A stretch of DNA of 64,000 nt, from NCBI RefSeq assembly GCF_963506605.1, contig NC_083288.1, positions 4,774,001 through 4,838,000 on the forward strand. The letters are read 5' to 3'. The notes beneath the pieces are model-generated. The model was not told the origin of the DNA. It made no database searches and was given only the letters and a program-made list of their open reading frames with translations. Position numbers and translations under genes: made by a program. Below are positions 38,419 to 50,324 of the stretch, piece after piece (the first letter of the stretch is position 1; each line of letters opens with the position of its first letter). This DNA comes from Zootoca vivipara (Eukaryota).

Positions 38419-38778
38419 GTTGTTGTTGTTGTTTAGTCGTTCAGTCATGTTCGACTCTTCGTGACCCCATGGACCAGAGCACACCAGGCACTCCTGTCTT
38501 GCACTGCCTCCCGCAGTTTGGTCAAACTCATGTTCGTAGCTTCGAGAACACTGTCCACCCATCTCATCCTCTGTCGTCCCCTTCTCCTTTTGCCCTCAAT
38601 CTTTCCCAGCATCAGGGTCTTTTCCAGGGAGTCTTCTCTTCTCATGAGGTGGCCAAAGTATTGGAGCCTCAGCTTCACGATCTGTCCTTCCAGTGAGCAC
38701 TCAGGGCTGATTTCCTTAAGAATGGATAGGTTTGATCTTCTTGCAGTCCATGGGACTCTCAAGAGTCTCCTCCAGCAC
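38419..38778 (-). mobile_element. Bov-B LINE 3' fragment
   Basis: RVPWTARRSNLSILKEISPECSLEG…; (CAA)n tail. Confidence 0.95.
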
Positions 38779-38791
38779 TGTGCTTAATGCA

Positions 38792-38938
38792 CAGGCCCGG
38801 CTCTAGGGGTAGTCTCGGTGGCGTGGGGCACCAGGGTGCCGGGCCAGCAGGCGGGCGCTGCGCTACGCGCTGCGCCCGCCCACCAGGTGATGTCCGCACC
38901 ACGGTGCCAGGGCGCCCGATCTGCTTGAGACGGCCCTG
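38792..38938. mobile_element. Short hAT MITE (CAGGGCCG family), 147 bp
   Basis: 8-bp TSD TTAATGCA. Confidence 0.9.
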
Positions 38939-40154
38939 TTAATGCATAAGGTGTCATGCACTAGAACACTATCTCACACTTGAATTTGTGGAACGTTCGC
39001 CAAACTGTTTGCCCACCACTGTATGAGGGGAAGTGGCTGCAATAAGGAACTGGGGTAAAAGGTTTTTCATTGCAATGACTGACCTTTAAGTTATGCACAC
39101 TTCCAACACTACCATTTCTTGATACAGCTTCCGCCGTGATTTCAACAAGAGGGAAGTCAATACAGTTGCTAAGTATATCTGAAAGCTAAGATAATAAATG
39201 TAAGTTCATAGATGCAGCTATCAATTTTTTTAAATAAATTTGTTAGATTATAAAGAGCAACACTACCATTCTGGGAAGCTGTCCCAGAGCTGGCCTACCC
39301 CCTTTTTCGCTTGCTACTTCAAGAGGCTGCATAGATAATAGTGCTGCAAATCATCCTTTGCTCTGACGTTTTAATGGAAACAGAGAGAGCCATTAGGTTT
39401 TATATACGCACCAATGAACACGAGCATGTAATGCATTGTGCATTTATTTAAAAAACAACTGTCTGCTTTGTATACTTTCCTGCTCTGCTATTGTATCTCT
39501 TCCGGCCATCATGCATTTTATTTTTTTAAATGGCTAGAAATTTTCGTTTATAATTTTGTTTATAATTTTCTGATCATATTTCTACTTGTAATACGGGTGG
39601 TTATGTATTTTCTGCCTTTTATCCATGTTTGTATAGCTGCTGTTCTGAATCTCTTTCTTTCTTATTTGCATGTGTTCCATTTGATTTGATAATACTACAT
39701 TTTACTTTTTGTTTAAATAGTGTTTAACGTATATATTGTAAATCACCCAGATAACTTTATGTTATGGGTCGGTACTCACATGTCATAAATAAATAAGCAA
39801 ATCATATGTACTGTAACTTGATTTTAATTTGGTGGGGGCACACAATACTAGTTCTGGAAATTGGGTGGTTTCTCATTGCCTCCCAAATTTTATGCAGTGC
39901 CAGGAACCTTTAGCAGCACCCACTATCATTAATTTTGGAATTTGCAAACCTTTAATTGTGATTTGTAACCTTTTAAGTTTTACTGATTGTGCTGCCAGAA
40001 ATTGAGTTTTGTGCTTAATGGGTACTGCATGATCTCAACCAAGGAGACTTGTCCTTTAATTTTATTTAACATTTCACTGACAAAGATGCAGGTATCCTCA
40101 AACACTTTACTCAAAGTTTAAACTTTGGATATGTAACAAATGCATGCCCTAAAC

Positions 40155-40292
40155 CAGGCATAGATGCAACCTTGGCTCTCCAGATGTTTTGGAACTACAA
40201 CTCCCATGATCCTTGATCCCTGGCCCTGTTAGCTAGGGATCATGGGAGTTGTAGTTCCAAAACATCTGGAGAGCCAAGGTTGCCTATGCCTG
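40155..40292. mobile_element. Palindromic hAT MITE
   Basis: 8-bp TSD CCCTAAAC. Confidence 0.9.
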
Positions 40293-41447
40293 CCCTAAAC
40301 TCATGAATCATTTTGATTATTCCAAAACAGGAAAAAAACATGTTCACTGTGATTTTTTTTATTTCAGTAGTCATTACTCCCTATCACCTCCTTCCAAAAT
40401 AAATGTTTTTTAAAAAGTACCCAATCAATTTTCCTTTGTAATCTACTTGTTTCTTTGCAACAAGCTTGCTGAGGTTCTGTAGAAACTTGTAATGATCTTT
40501 ATTTAAGTTAACAGGCACACATAGCTTAAATGCAACATGCTTTCACTGCTGAAAACCTATTGTTCCGTTAAAAACTTGATTCATTTCAGTAAATGTAGAA
40601 AATGCTGAAATGTACAAATGTACACTTCAAAAGATTTATGCTTTCAGAACTGGTGGTTGTGATGTTCTTTGCAAAGTTTTTCAGTTTTATATTTTAAACA
40701 AAAGCTATGTTTTGCATCTGATCCTGTATGTCCAAATTAGTCTTAAAATAAAAGAAATTAAGACTGCAATCCTAGCCCCAATTAACTGGGAGTAAGTCCC
40801 TTTGAATTCAATGGCAATTACTTCTGAGTAGATATAGAGGAGATATATCCTTGAACCATCCTGTGCAAGTTTATTCAAAAGTCAGTCCCTCCATGTTCTG
40901 TGTCCCATTTCCTTCTAGGTAAGTGTGGTTCGGATTGCAGCTTATTGACAAAGTCTGTTCAAAACTGAACACTTTTAATTGGTGCGGATTTCAATGGGAG
41001 GATCACTCAAATGGTTAAAAATTTGGGTTTTTAAAATTTTATTTACAGATTTATTAAACCACCCTTTCATAAAGGAAATAACAAGGCAGAAAAAACCTCT
41101 AAAGCAAAATAAACCAATATATCCATAAAAAACCATATTGAAACATCAATAAATACTGATTGGATTAGTGAAAGGAGCTGGCGCACCTTCCAGGGCTAGG
41201 AAAACGCCCTCCTGCCCTTAGGCATCTACGGTAGTGACAGGGATGGGTCAAGGAGTCTCCCTTCAGAGGAGTGCCTCCTTCAGAGGGAGTGCCATTCTGT
41301 CCAGTACATGCACCAGCCACCCTTACTGGAATTCAAGTTCAATTCAGAGAGTCAATTTTCCCTGTGATCTCTTTAAGAACTCTTGAGATGTTTGCCATGA
41401 AGACCCAGTGACATGCTAATTTGTGTTTCACCAATTTAGCTCTAGAA

Positions 41448-41583
41448 CAGGCATCCCCAAACTTTGGCCCTCCAGATGTTTTGGACTACAGTTCCCATCT
41501 TCCCCGACCACTGGTCCTGTTAGCTAGGGATCATTGGAGTTGTAGGCCAAAACATCTGGAGGGCCGCAGTTTGGGGGTGCCTG
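41448..41583. mobile_element. 136-bp hAT MITE
   Basis: TSD CTCTAGAA/CTCTATAA. Confidence 0.9.
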
Positions 41584-42373
41584 CTCTATAACGTCACCCC
41601 TTGTTTGATGAAGTTCGTTAGATGCTCATTGTAGAATTACTAGTTGAGGCATGACTATCTATCAAACATCTTCAGCAGTGAAGGCTGATTCAAAGAATTA
41701 CCGTAATTCACCACATTTTACAATCTGACTCCCTTTATCTGTTTTCCTGCTATTTGAATAAAAAAATCTTGTGTCTAATAGTTTCCTCATTCTTTTTCAT
41801 TTGCTTTTTTATTCTTTTTCAATTTAAATGTGACCATATTGACTTCTGGACAGCTTTTCACTTATATATATATTTGAAACTAAGAACATCACGTTCCCAA
41901 GTCGTCTGACAGTTTATATCTTATCTTAGGTTCTGAGCACCACTCAGGATTAAGTCAAAGGTTGACTCCCCTTTTTGTCAGCCAAATGTGCATTTGTCAG
42001 ATCAAGAAATATGGCCCTCTTTGTCATATCCTGACTATACATTTACCCAGTCAATGTGAGGGTTTGTTGATCACTCATTTTTACAATATTTCCAACCTTT
42101 GGCTGTGTCCCTCAGTTCTTTCTCCATCTTGAGATCCCCCTCCATATTTTGGTCAAGGGGGCACTGGAATATTCCAGTACAAAATTATTTTGAAGGGGTC
42201 TGGTGCTTCCACCCTCAGTGATTCTATCAAAGATATTGTTCGTATTAATTTCCTAAATTTGGGTCTCTTCTGTTCTTTTTGACATATAGAGCAGCTGCAC
42301 CCCAGTTTATCCCTTTTTGCCATTGCTGGGGATTTTCTATTAAGATATAACAGTTATCTATATTAAATGCATA

Positions 42374-42732
42374 GATGGAACGTTGGTGGCACTGTGGGTT
42401 AAACCACAGAGCCTAGGGATTGCTGATCAGAAGGTCGGCGGTTCAAATCCCTGCGACGGGGTGAGCTCCCGTTGCTCGGTCCCAGCTCCTGCCAACCTAG
42501 CAGTTCGAAAGCACATCAAAGTGCAAGTAGATAAATAGGGACCGCTACAGCGGGAAGGTAAACGGCGTTTCCGTATGCTGCTCTGGTTCGCCAGAAGCAG
42601 CTTTGTCATGCTGGCCACATGACCTGGAAGCTGTACGTCGGCTCCCTCGGCCAATAATGCGAGATGAGCGCACAACCCCAGAGTCGGTCACAACTTAATG
42701 GTCAGGGGTCCCTTTACCTTTACCTTTACCTT
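42374..42732 (+). mobile_element. Full-length Sauria SINE
   Basis: 15-bp TSD TATATTAAATGCATA. Confidence 0.95.
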
Positions 42733-43065
42733 TATATTAAATGCATAACCACTATTGTTTCACTGTGTATACTATTTCTGAAGTATTTCATTTATTCCTG
42801 GTCAGCCCAACAGAATCCCCCCATTTTTATTCAAATTTACTGAATTTTTCTTGTAACAGACAGGTGCAGAGCATTCTTTTAAGTACATGGAAATCTTTCA
42901 TTTCACCATAGAGAATCTACTTTCCCAAGATCTATCCACTGGCCACAAAAAAGCCACATTGTGATGCATTCTGATAAACAGAGAAGGAGGGGCTTTTTAA
43001 AATGTGTTATTTATTTCAAAAGAGTGACAAATGGTCTTTAACTGTTTTTGCCATGTTTCATCTAG

Positions 43066-43372
43066 GCAATTTACAACTTTCACGTGATGTTTCTAGCATG
43101 GAAGACGTAGCTCTGGAGCTGTCAGAGACAGAGGACACGATTTCTGTTGGCAGCTGCTTTACCTCAGAGGACACCACAGAAGATTCAGGTGTTATGAGTT
43201 CCCCCTCTGATGTCGTCTCATTCGAGTCTCAGAATGACAGCGTGAGGTCAAGAGACAAGTCCATCGGGGCCCAGGAGACCTTGACCGAGATGGATTCCAT
43301 GTATGTTGAACAGACGTGCTCTGGAAGGAATGCCTTCTCCAGTAGTGATGAATCTGGAATCGTTTCCCAAAG
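43066..43372 (+). CDS. COBL: COBL coding exon (…[30 protein letters not shown]…)
   Basis: tttcatctag acceptor, gtaagt donor, 307 nt (phase 1-2); [24 protein letters not shown]-type conserved COBL block. Confidence 0.95.
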
Positions 43373-45051
43373 GTAAGTCTCATCTGTGAGGCAACTTAGA
43401 GGAGTGACGTCTGCTTATGCTAGTCTTTTGCAAACAAATTTTTGTTAACATCTTGTTGCTGTATCAGAAACCAACATCAATCTGGCACCTGAGGACTTAT
43501 CCTAATCGAAAGGTTTGCATGCAAAGCAACCTATGATCATGTGTTCATAGCAAATTTTGGTACTGGTAATTGTCATTGTTACAGGGTTCTGCTTTTCAGG
43601 CTGAATTCCCCAATGAGTCTAATGCTGCAAGTCATCATGTATATTGTAATACACTCTGAGATGCCTTTTGAAGTTAATAGGGTAGGCAGATTTGTGTGTT
43701 TTTAGCTGAAGCAAATCATGCTCAGGTTTGGTATATTCTTCTTGTCCTTCATCTTTTGACCATGCCAAGCCCACCTGGAATGAACAGGCAGAAGCCAAAA
43801 TGACAGTGCAGAATTCACTGTTGACCTCAAACCATTTTTGACTCTTGCTTAATCCCAATTTCAACTTGAAACAGTTTTATGTAGCTTATCCACAACAATA
43901 ATTTCCACCAAATTTTCCAAAACATACATTAAGCTAACCGGCCTTTAAGTACTTCAACACATGCACAGCAAGACAGGCTGGACTTTTTAAAAATAAAAAT
44001 CTAAAGATATCTAATGCCTTCAAGTTTTCAAAATGGCGCTGTCTATAGGACACATAACCATTCTTAATTAATATGTATTTATTGTGAGATTTATATCCTA
44101 CCCCTCAAATACTCAGAGTGACTAACAGCAAATATCAATAAAATAACAAGTTAAAAACAGCAAATACGGATTTAAAAAAATAAATATGGCAGATGAAAGC
44201 AAATGACATAAGGGTTTGCCCATATAAGAACTTTAAGCCAGTCAGGAGGCCAGATGCCTGCCAGAATAAGTTTTAATCAAGCAGCAAAAAAACAACAACA
44301 AGCGGGAAGTGGGAAACAGTCTCCCGAAAGATGATGTACGGTACCATAAACAAGGCCAGCTTCTTGTGTAGCCTTGGTCAAAGCTGGGCCACAGAAAAGA
44401 TATTCCTCAGCAGAATTTAAGAGAATGAGCAGATTGGCATTGCGAGGAGGTTAAATGCTTTGCAAACAAGTCCTGGAAATTTTAATGAGTTTCAAAAACA
44501 TTTTATCAATACAAATTCACCTCATTCTCAGATATAGAAGCCTTAAACTAGTAAACACGTATGAAAATTAGAGCCAAACCTTATCAAAGAATAAAAACCA
44601 CTGCAGAGAATTGTATTACAGTACATTCATAACATTTACTAGCAAATTGGAGCTTCAAGAAAATATTGGAGTGCTCCTGTTTTGAGTTTCCAGCAACTCT
44701 GCTCTGTTCCATCCTTTGTACTTTTCTGTTCCATTCCGTCCCCAAAACAATGTCAGTCAGCATTCCTTGACCATTGGGCATGCCCAGTCCTTACTGGGAT
44801 GTTTTGGGGTTTTCTCCCTTAAGATTTTGTTCTTGTCTAAAGCTTTTTTGTACAAGTGGAAACCTTGCAGCTCCCCTAAGCTGGCTGATACCTTCCTCTT
44901 GTGTATGCAAGTTGCAATGGAGAACATTTGGTTATCAGGATGATACCTCCCACTGAACTGGATAGGCAGGTTTTTTGCCTCCTCTTTCAAGGAGAGGAGT
45001 TGTGACACACACACACACACACACACAGCCACCTTGCTTATGGTTGGGTTA

Positions 45052-45218
45052 AAGGTAAAGGTAAAGGGGACCCCTGACCATTAGGTCCAGTCGTGACCGA
45101 CTCTGGGGTTGCGCGCTCATCTCGCATTATTGGCCGAGGGAGCCGGCATATAGCTTCCAGGTCATGTGGCCAGCATGACAAAGCCACTTCTGGCAAACCA
45201 GAGCAGCACATGGAAACG
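45052..45218 (-). mobile_element. Sauria SINE, 5'-truncated
   Basis: 13-bp TSD TATGGTTGGGTTA. Confidence 0.92.
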
Positions 45219-46864
45219 TATGGTTGGGTTAGGAAGGGTCATTTTTTACTATGTTAAAAAAAATGATTTGGGCATTTTCTGTGAGTTATTTTCTCTTTTC
45301 TGTTTTGTAGTGTCCTTTTCCCATGAGTGTGTCTGGGCATTTGAAGCCTGTTTGTTTTCCTTTATCCAGGTTCCTTTCCCTCTTCCTGCTTCCCTTTAAT
45401 GTTAAAAAATGGATAGGTCCTCCCATATGGGTCAGGACAGTCACAAGTCAAAAAGCAGACATTTCTCAAGACATGAATCCAGGAGATTAGGGGGTGGATA
45501 TCGTACTGATCTCCCAGAGCTAGCAGTTCCAGGATATATTTTCATTCCTCTTCACACTTTCATAGTTCTTGTTCTCCTCTTTGTCCTCCTGCAAAAAGCA
45601 AAAAAAAAAAAAGAGTCAAGGATTGCTCCTCAAGGCCCATTTGCTTTTGGAACACAGTGAACTCAAAGCCCTCTCATTTGGCTTGCTGTTGAGAATAACC
45701 CTCAAGTTTCTGCTCCTGAAGCTGAAATTTGCCCTTCAGTGGATCGGGGAAACTCTGTGGTGCTGACTCTCCTCCTTCCGAAGGGGTGGAAGCAGCAGCA
45801 ACAGCAGCACCACTCGGAGAAGGAATTAGAGCAGGTGCAGCCATGCCCATTTGCCTCTTTCGAGTTGTGGCTCTTCTGGAACAAAGGTTCACCGTGTGAC
45901 GTAATTATTTGCCAAACATATAGATGGGTTATCTAACACATGTATTCTGCATTGGTTCAACCACAGCACTCAAGTTCTGTTATATCGTCTGTGGAGCATA
46001 ACAGCTTTGGTGGCAAATGGCATCTGTTAATGTTAATATTTATATGGCTTTTTATTTTTCTGGTGAACTTGAATGATCTCCGTGATCTTGTAAAGGAAAC
46101 CAGTACAGTATTGCATAAGTGAAAATGTGACTTAGGTTGATGGGAACTTGCCTTTGGTCACTTGAGGTGACCAAGCAGATCGCCAATGAGGTGCACCGAT
46201 GCAGATCCTAGCCACAGATCATGCTTTTAACAAGTGCTTTGCATAAGCTTTCAGCACTGTTTTCTTTCACGTTCTATTAGTGACCTTATTTCAAGTATTT
46301 CAGATTCATTCTTTTTGTATCACCTTTTATATAATTATAGCATCTACCCATAAATTGCCAATTGGACTTTCATTTGGCTTAACAGTAGCTTTTTGTAGTT
46401 TTCTTGTTCCCTTTTGACAAGTTCTCTCATAAGTTCTGCTCCTACGGCGTTGATTTGGCAAAGTGCTGTTTTAACCCATGCTTTTGCATATGGCTGACTG
46501 CAGTGGAGCAACAGTACATAGTGGCCTTGGTTTAACAAATGCAAAAGTCATTAATTTAGTGCCTTTGGGTCTTTGCTATAGTGTTTTATCGTGTTGTATT
46601 GGGTCTTTCATCTGTTACTTCAAGAAATTCCCGAGTGGTGTGATTTCAGCACCTTCTATTTTAGAGGGGGGAGTTCTTAAGTTTATCGTGTTGTTTCCTA
46701 TACTGTATTAAAAAGAGTGTGTGAAAAAAGCCACTGGTAATAGTTTTCTGACCTGTAAAACACTATCAGGAAAAGGCCTTGTGTTTTACTTGAATGCAAG
46801 CCAGAGCAGCCCTGTCAGCAACAAAAAGGTCTAGAGGAGAAGGGAAAGGCTCCGGAGGAAAGTT

Positions 46865-46980
46865 ATGGGTTTGTTTTTAAGTGTGCTGTGTAGGCTATTG
46901 CTAAATATGCTTGTGCAAAACATAGTATTTTGGTGCCACATGGCTTGTTGGAGTTGTGTTTCATTTAGGCTGGATCATGT
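46865..46980 (+). CDS. COBL: Candidate internal alternative first coding exon of COBL (MGLFLSVLCRLLLNMLVQNIVFWCHMACWSCVSFRLDH)
   Basis: gttATGG Kozak context; 38 codons + 2 nt with no stop; GTAAGT donor at 46981; phase 2 matches the acceptor at 49230. Confidence 0.5.
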
Positions 46981-48361
46981 GTAAGTACGTCACTATTTCG
47001 GTGTGCACGTTTGTCTGCCTTCATCCATCTATCCATCCATCCATAATCATTTTAAATTTTATGCCTTCAAAATCTATGTCTGTGTTTCCCTTCCACACTA
47101 GTTGGTGGTGCCTGATGTAGCCACACGGTTTGTTCTCGTCCCCTTCAGTTAGTATTTTACCACAAGTTCCAGAAAACTAAGGTCCGTTGTGAGCATCAAT
47201 GCAAGCATTTATTATTTGTGCACAGGCACCTTTTTATTTTATAAGTGCAAGTTTTCCTAGTGTTCTAGATTTGCCCAAAACTGCAGGTTTTCATTTACCC
47301 GTCCTGACACACACCTTTTTATTTTTATTTTTATTGAAATGTATTTTCCATTATTCCAGATTTGCACAGTACTGCAAGAAACAGAAATGTGTGTCACTCC
47401 AAGTTTGGAGTCACTCACATCAAAGGCTGCTACCTCCCCTGCCCACTGTACAAAATTCAGCTGAGATATGTACATTTCCCATTGAAATTGTGTATATTGA
47501 CTAGGAAATGTGCGCAATTCCCTCTTCATTGAGGCCTGGTGAATGTGCACAATAGCTGGTTGTTATGCACATTAACTGCTTAGCTTAGAGTCTCATGCAC
47601 ATTATTTCTACCCTGCTGCCAACATCTTGGGCAACAAGAAGGCAGTAGAGTTCTGTTTTCGTTTCTCTTCCCCTTAATTTATTTGGTTTCTCTTTTCCTC
47701 CCCTTTGGGCTTCGTTTTCTCCCTGACTGTCAGTTTCATGGGCTGAGCTTTGGACCCTCCTTTTTTATAACCCATTTTATAACACAAAACACAAAATGGC
47801 TGGAACAGTTTCATCTTCAGAATTGTGTCTGTCTGTGTAAGACCCAAGTTATACCAGAGGTAGCCAGTGTGGTGCACTGCAGGTGTTGTGTGACAACAGT
47901 TCCCGGCATCCCCTGTCACACGTCATGCAAGATGGGGAGTTAGAGTCTAGCAACATCTGTGTGGTTGAGCCGGCCAGCCAGAGCCGTTTCCCAGGCTGTT
48001 TGGCCGCTGTTGCATGCTGACAGCAGAGTGCAGGGTGAGGACAAAGCTGGACAAACTACCTCAGAAGGAGCATGATGTGTCTCCGACCAGAGGTACTACC
48101 CCTCCCTAATATGTGCACAGATTGATTTGGGGGTGGATTATGTTAATCTGGGTGTGAGCCAGTGACAAGTGAACTTGGTCAGGCAGAAAACAACATTTAC
48201 AGAATTTAAGCATTTCAAAATACAGTACAGGAAAGCATTCTCTCTTGCACATTTTAATGAGACACTTTCAGGTCTTTGATAGGAGATTGAAGGCACAATC
48301 CTAACCATGCCTACTCAGAAGTAAATACTGTTGCATTTAGTGGGGTTTACTCCCAGGATTA

Positions 48362-48839
48362 AAAAGCAGAGACATCACCTTGCCTACAAAGGTCCGTATA
48401 GTTAAAGCTATGGTTTTCCCAGTAGTGATGTATGGAAGTGAGAGCTGGACCATGAAGAAGGCTGATCGCCGAAGAATTGATGCTTTTGAATTATGGTGCT
48501 GGAGGAGACTCTTGAGAGTCCCATGGACTGCAAGAAGATCAAACCTATCCATTGTGAAGGAAATCAGCCCTGAGTGCTCACTGGAAGGACAGATCCTGAA
48601 GCTGAGGCTCCAATACTTTGGCCACCTCATGAGAAGAGAAGACTCCCTGGAAAAGACCCTGATGTTGGCAAAGATTGAGGGCACAAGGAGAAGGGGATGA
48701 CAGAGGACGAGATGGTTGGACAGTGTTCTCGAGGCTATGAAGATGGGTTTGACCAAACTGCGGGAGGCAGTGCAGGACAGGAGTGCCTGGCATGCTCTGG
48801 TCCTTGGGGTCACGAAGAGTCGGACACGACTAAACAACA
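48362..48839 (+). mobile_element. Bov-B LINE 3' fragment
   Basis: PTKVRIVKAMVFPVVMYGSESWT…; TSD ACTCCCAGGATTA. Confidence 0.95.
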
Positions 48840-49229
48840 ACTCCCAGGATTACAGCCAGATTCAGATACCCTACAGGTTAAGTCCTTGCGTTTCAGAAGA
48901 AATTGAAACAGTTTGCCATGTCTTACTATTTTCTAAATTTTATTGAGATGTCTAGGAAATTATTAATCAAGTAGCTAGTTTGTATTCTGGAAAATAATTT
49001 GAACATTTTGCTTTTCCTTTTCTCTCCAATACAAAGAATATCACTACAGAAGCTGTAGATAAATTTTCATTGAGAGCAAGATAGGTGTGCAAACATTATC
49101 TAAACAAATGTAATCTGGTTTTCCCAGCTGTTAAAAGAAACTGTCTGTGTTTACACACACACACACACACACACAAGTTGATGTTAAATTGATTAAATTT
49201 GGTTTTCATTCCTTTTCTTTTGTTGTCAG

Positions 49230-49327
49230 TAGCAGGGATGAGGACGAAATGATGGAAGCTAAGTTTGAAAACGCAGATGTGTTCATAGCTACTCAGACCT
49301 TGGCTGCATTGGACAAAGACCTAATGG
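49230..49327 (+). CDS. COBL: COBL coding exon (SRDEDEMMEAKFENADVFIATQTLAALDKDLM)
   Basis: Polypyrimidine tract plus CAG TAG CAG acceptors; gtagg donor; phase 2-1 links the flanking exons; TLA.LD.DL motif of COBL. Confidence 0.9.
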
Positions 49328-50324
49328 GTAGGCTGAAGTTTAAATTTGCAAAAAGAATGTAGGAAGAAGGCAAATGGTGACAATCTATCAGTTAGGCAGA
49401 TGAGAGAGCAGTCAAACTGGGAAACTCCATAGAGGTGGGACAGATCTCATAACTCAGGCTCTATCTAGTAGCAGCACATACCTCATCAGATTGTTCAACT
49501 TCCATTCCCAACTTGTCATTACTTTTTGGGGGCACTGTAGTGGGAGGTTATTCACAGGGGAATAATGTTACTAAATATTAAGGGGATCTAGTGAAAAACT
49601 GAAACAAGGCCCATCTGGTCATTGCAAAAAAAAAAAAAATTATACAGAGCTGGGGGGAAAGGACTACAGTATCATTTCTATTCAGTTACTAGGATAGATA
49701 TTCAGTATTTTATATGTTTCAGACAAGTGGAATTTTCTCTAATAGCTTCTCACAAATGTGTCTCACGGCCTGCTTGGGAAATGCTATACTTTCCAGTTTA
49801 TAAATTATTACCAGTAATTTTCTTTGTCTTTATATTTGGGAAAACATAATGTGCAAATGCATAATACACACAATTTGGTTTCATGAGGACTATGTTCTCT
49901 GTTTTATACTTACTACCCAGTAATGTAAACTGTGTAGCTGGCACATTCTCATAGTATATTTTCATGACTGACCAGGTATCAGAGTAGCTCCATTTGCTGG
50001 GATACACTGCACCGTAAGCAAAAGACATATTGGGAAATGTTTAGCATGAATGTGTATAAATTAAAAAGTGCTTAAAAGAATATGGATGTGTTCATATAAT
50101 ACAACCAACTCAACACACCCAATGGAGATTTTATTATTTTGTTTTATTTATTTTCTAACCACAACCCTCTACATTGCATCTCAAGCAGCTGTTGCAGCTG
50201 GAGTTTGTACTATAAGGGGTGCTGCTGTTAAAACTCCTTGGTTTATTATCCCCTGATTGTGATAATATTTTGGGATAATGCCATGGTTCATAGTTTTGAA
50301 AGATGCTCTTGGTATTCTTTGCAG

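Noticed and set aside
45409-45660. ORF MDRSSHMGQDSHKSKS… as another alternative first exon
   Set aside because: No convincing in-phase donor and no recognisable homology
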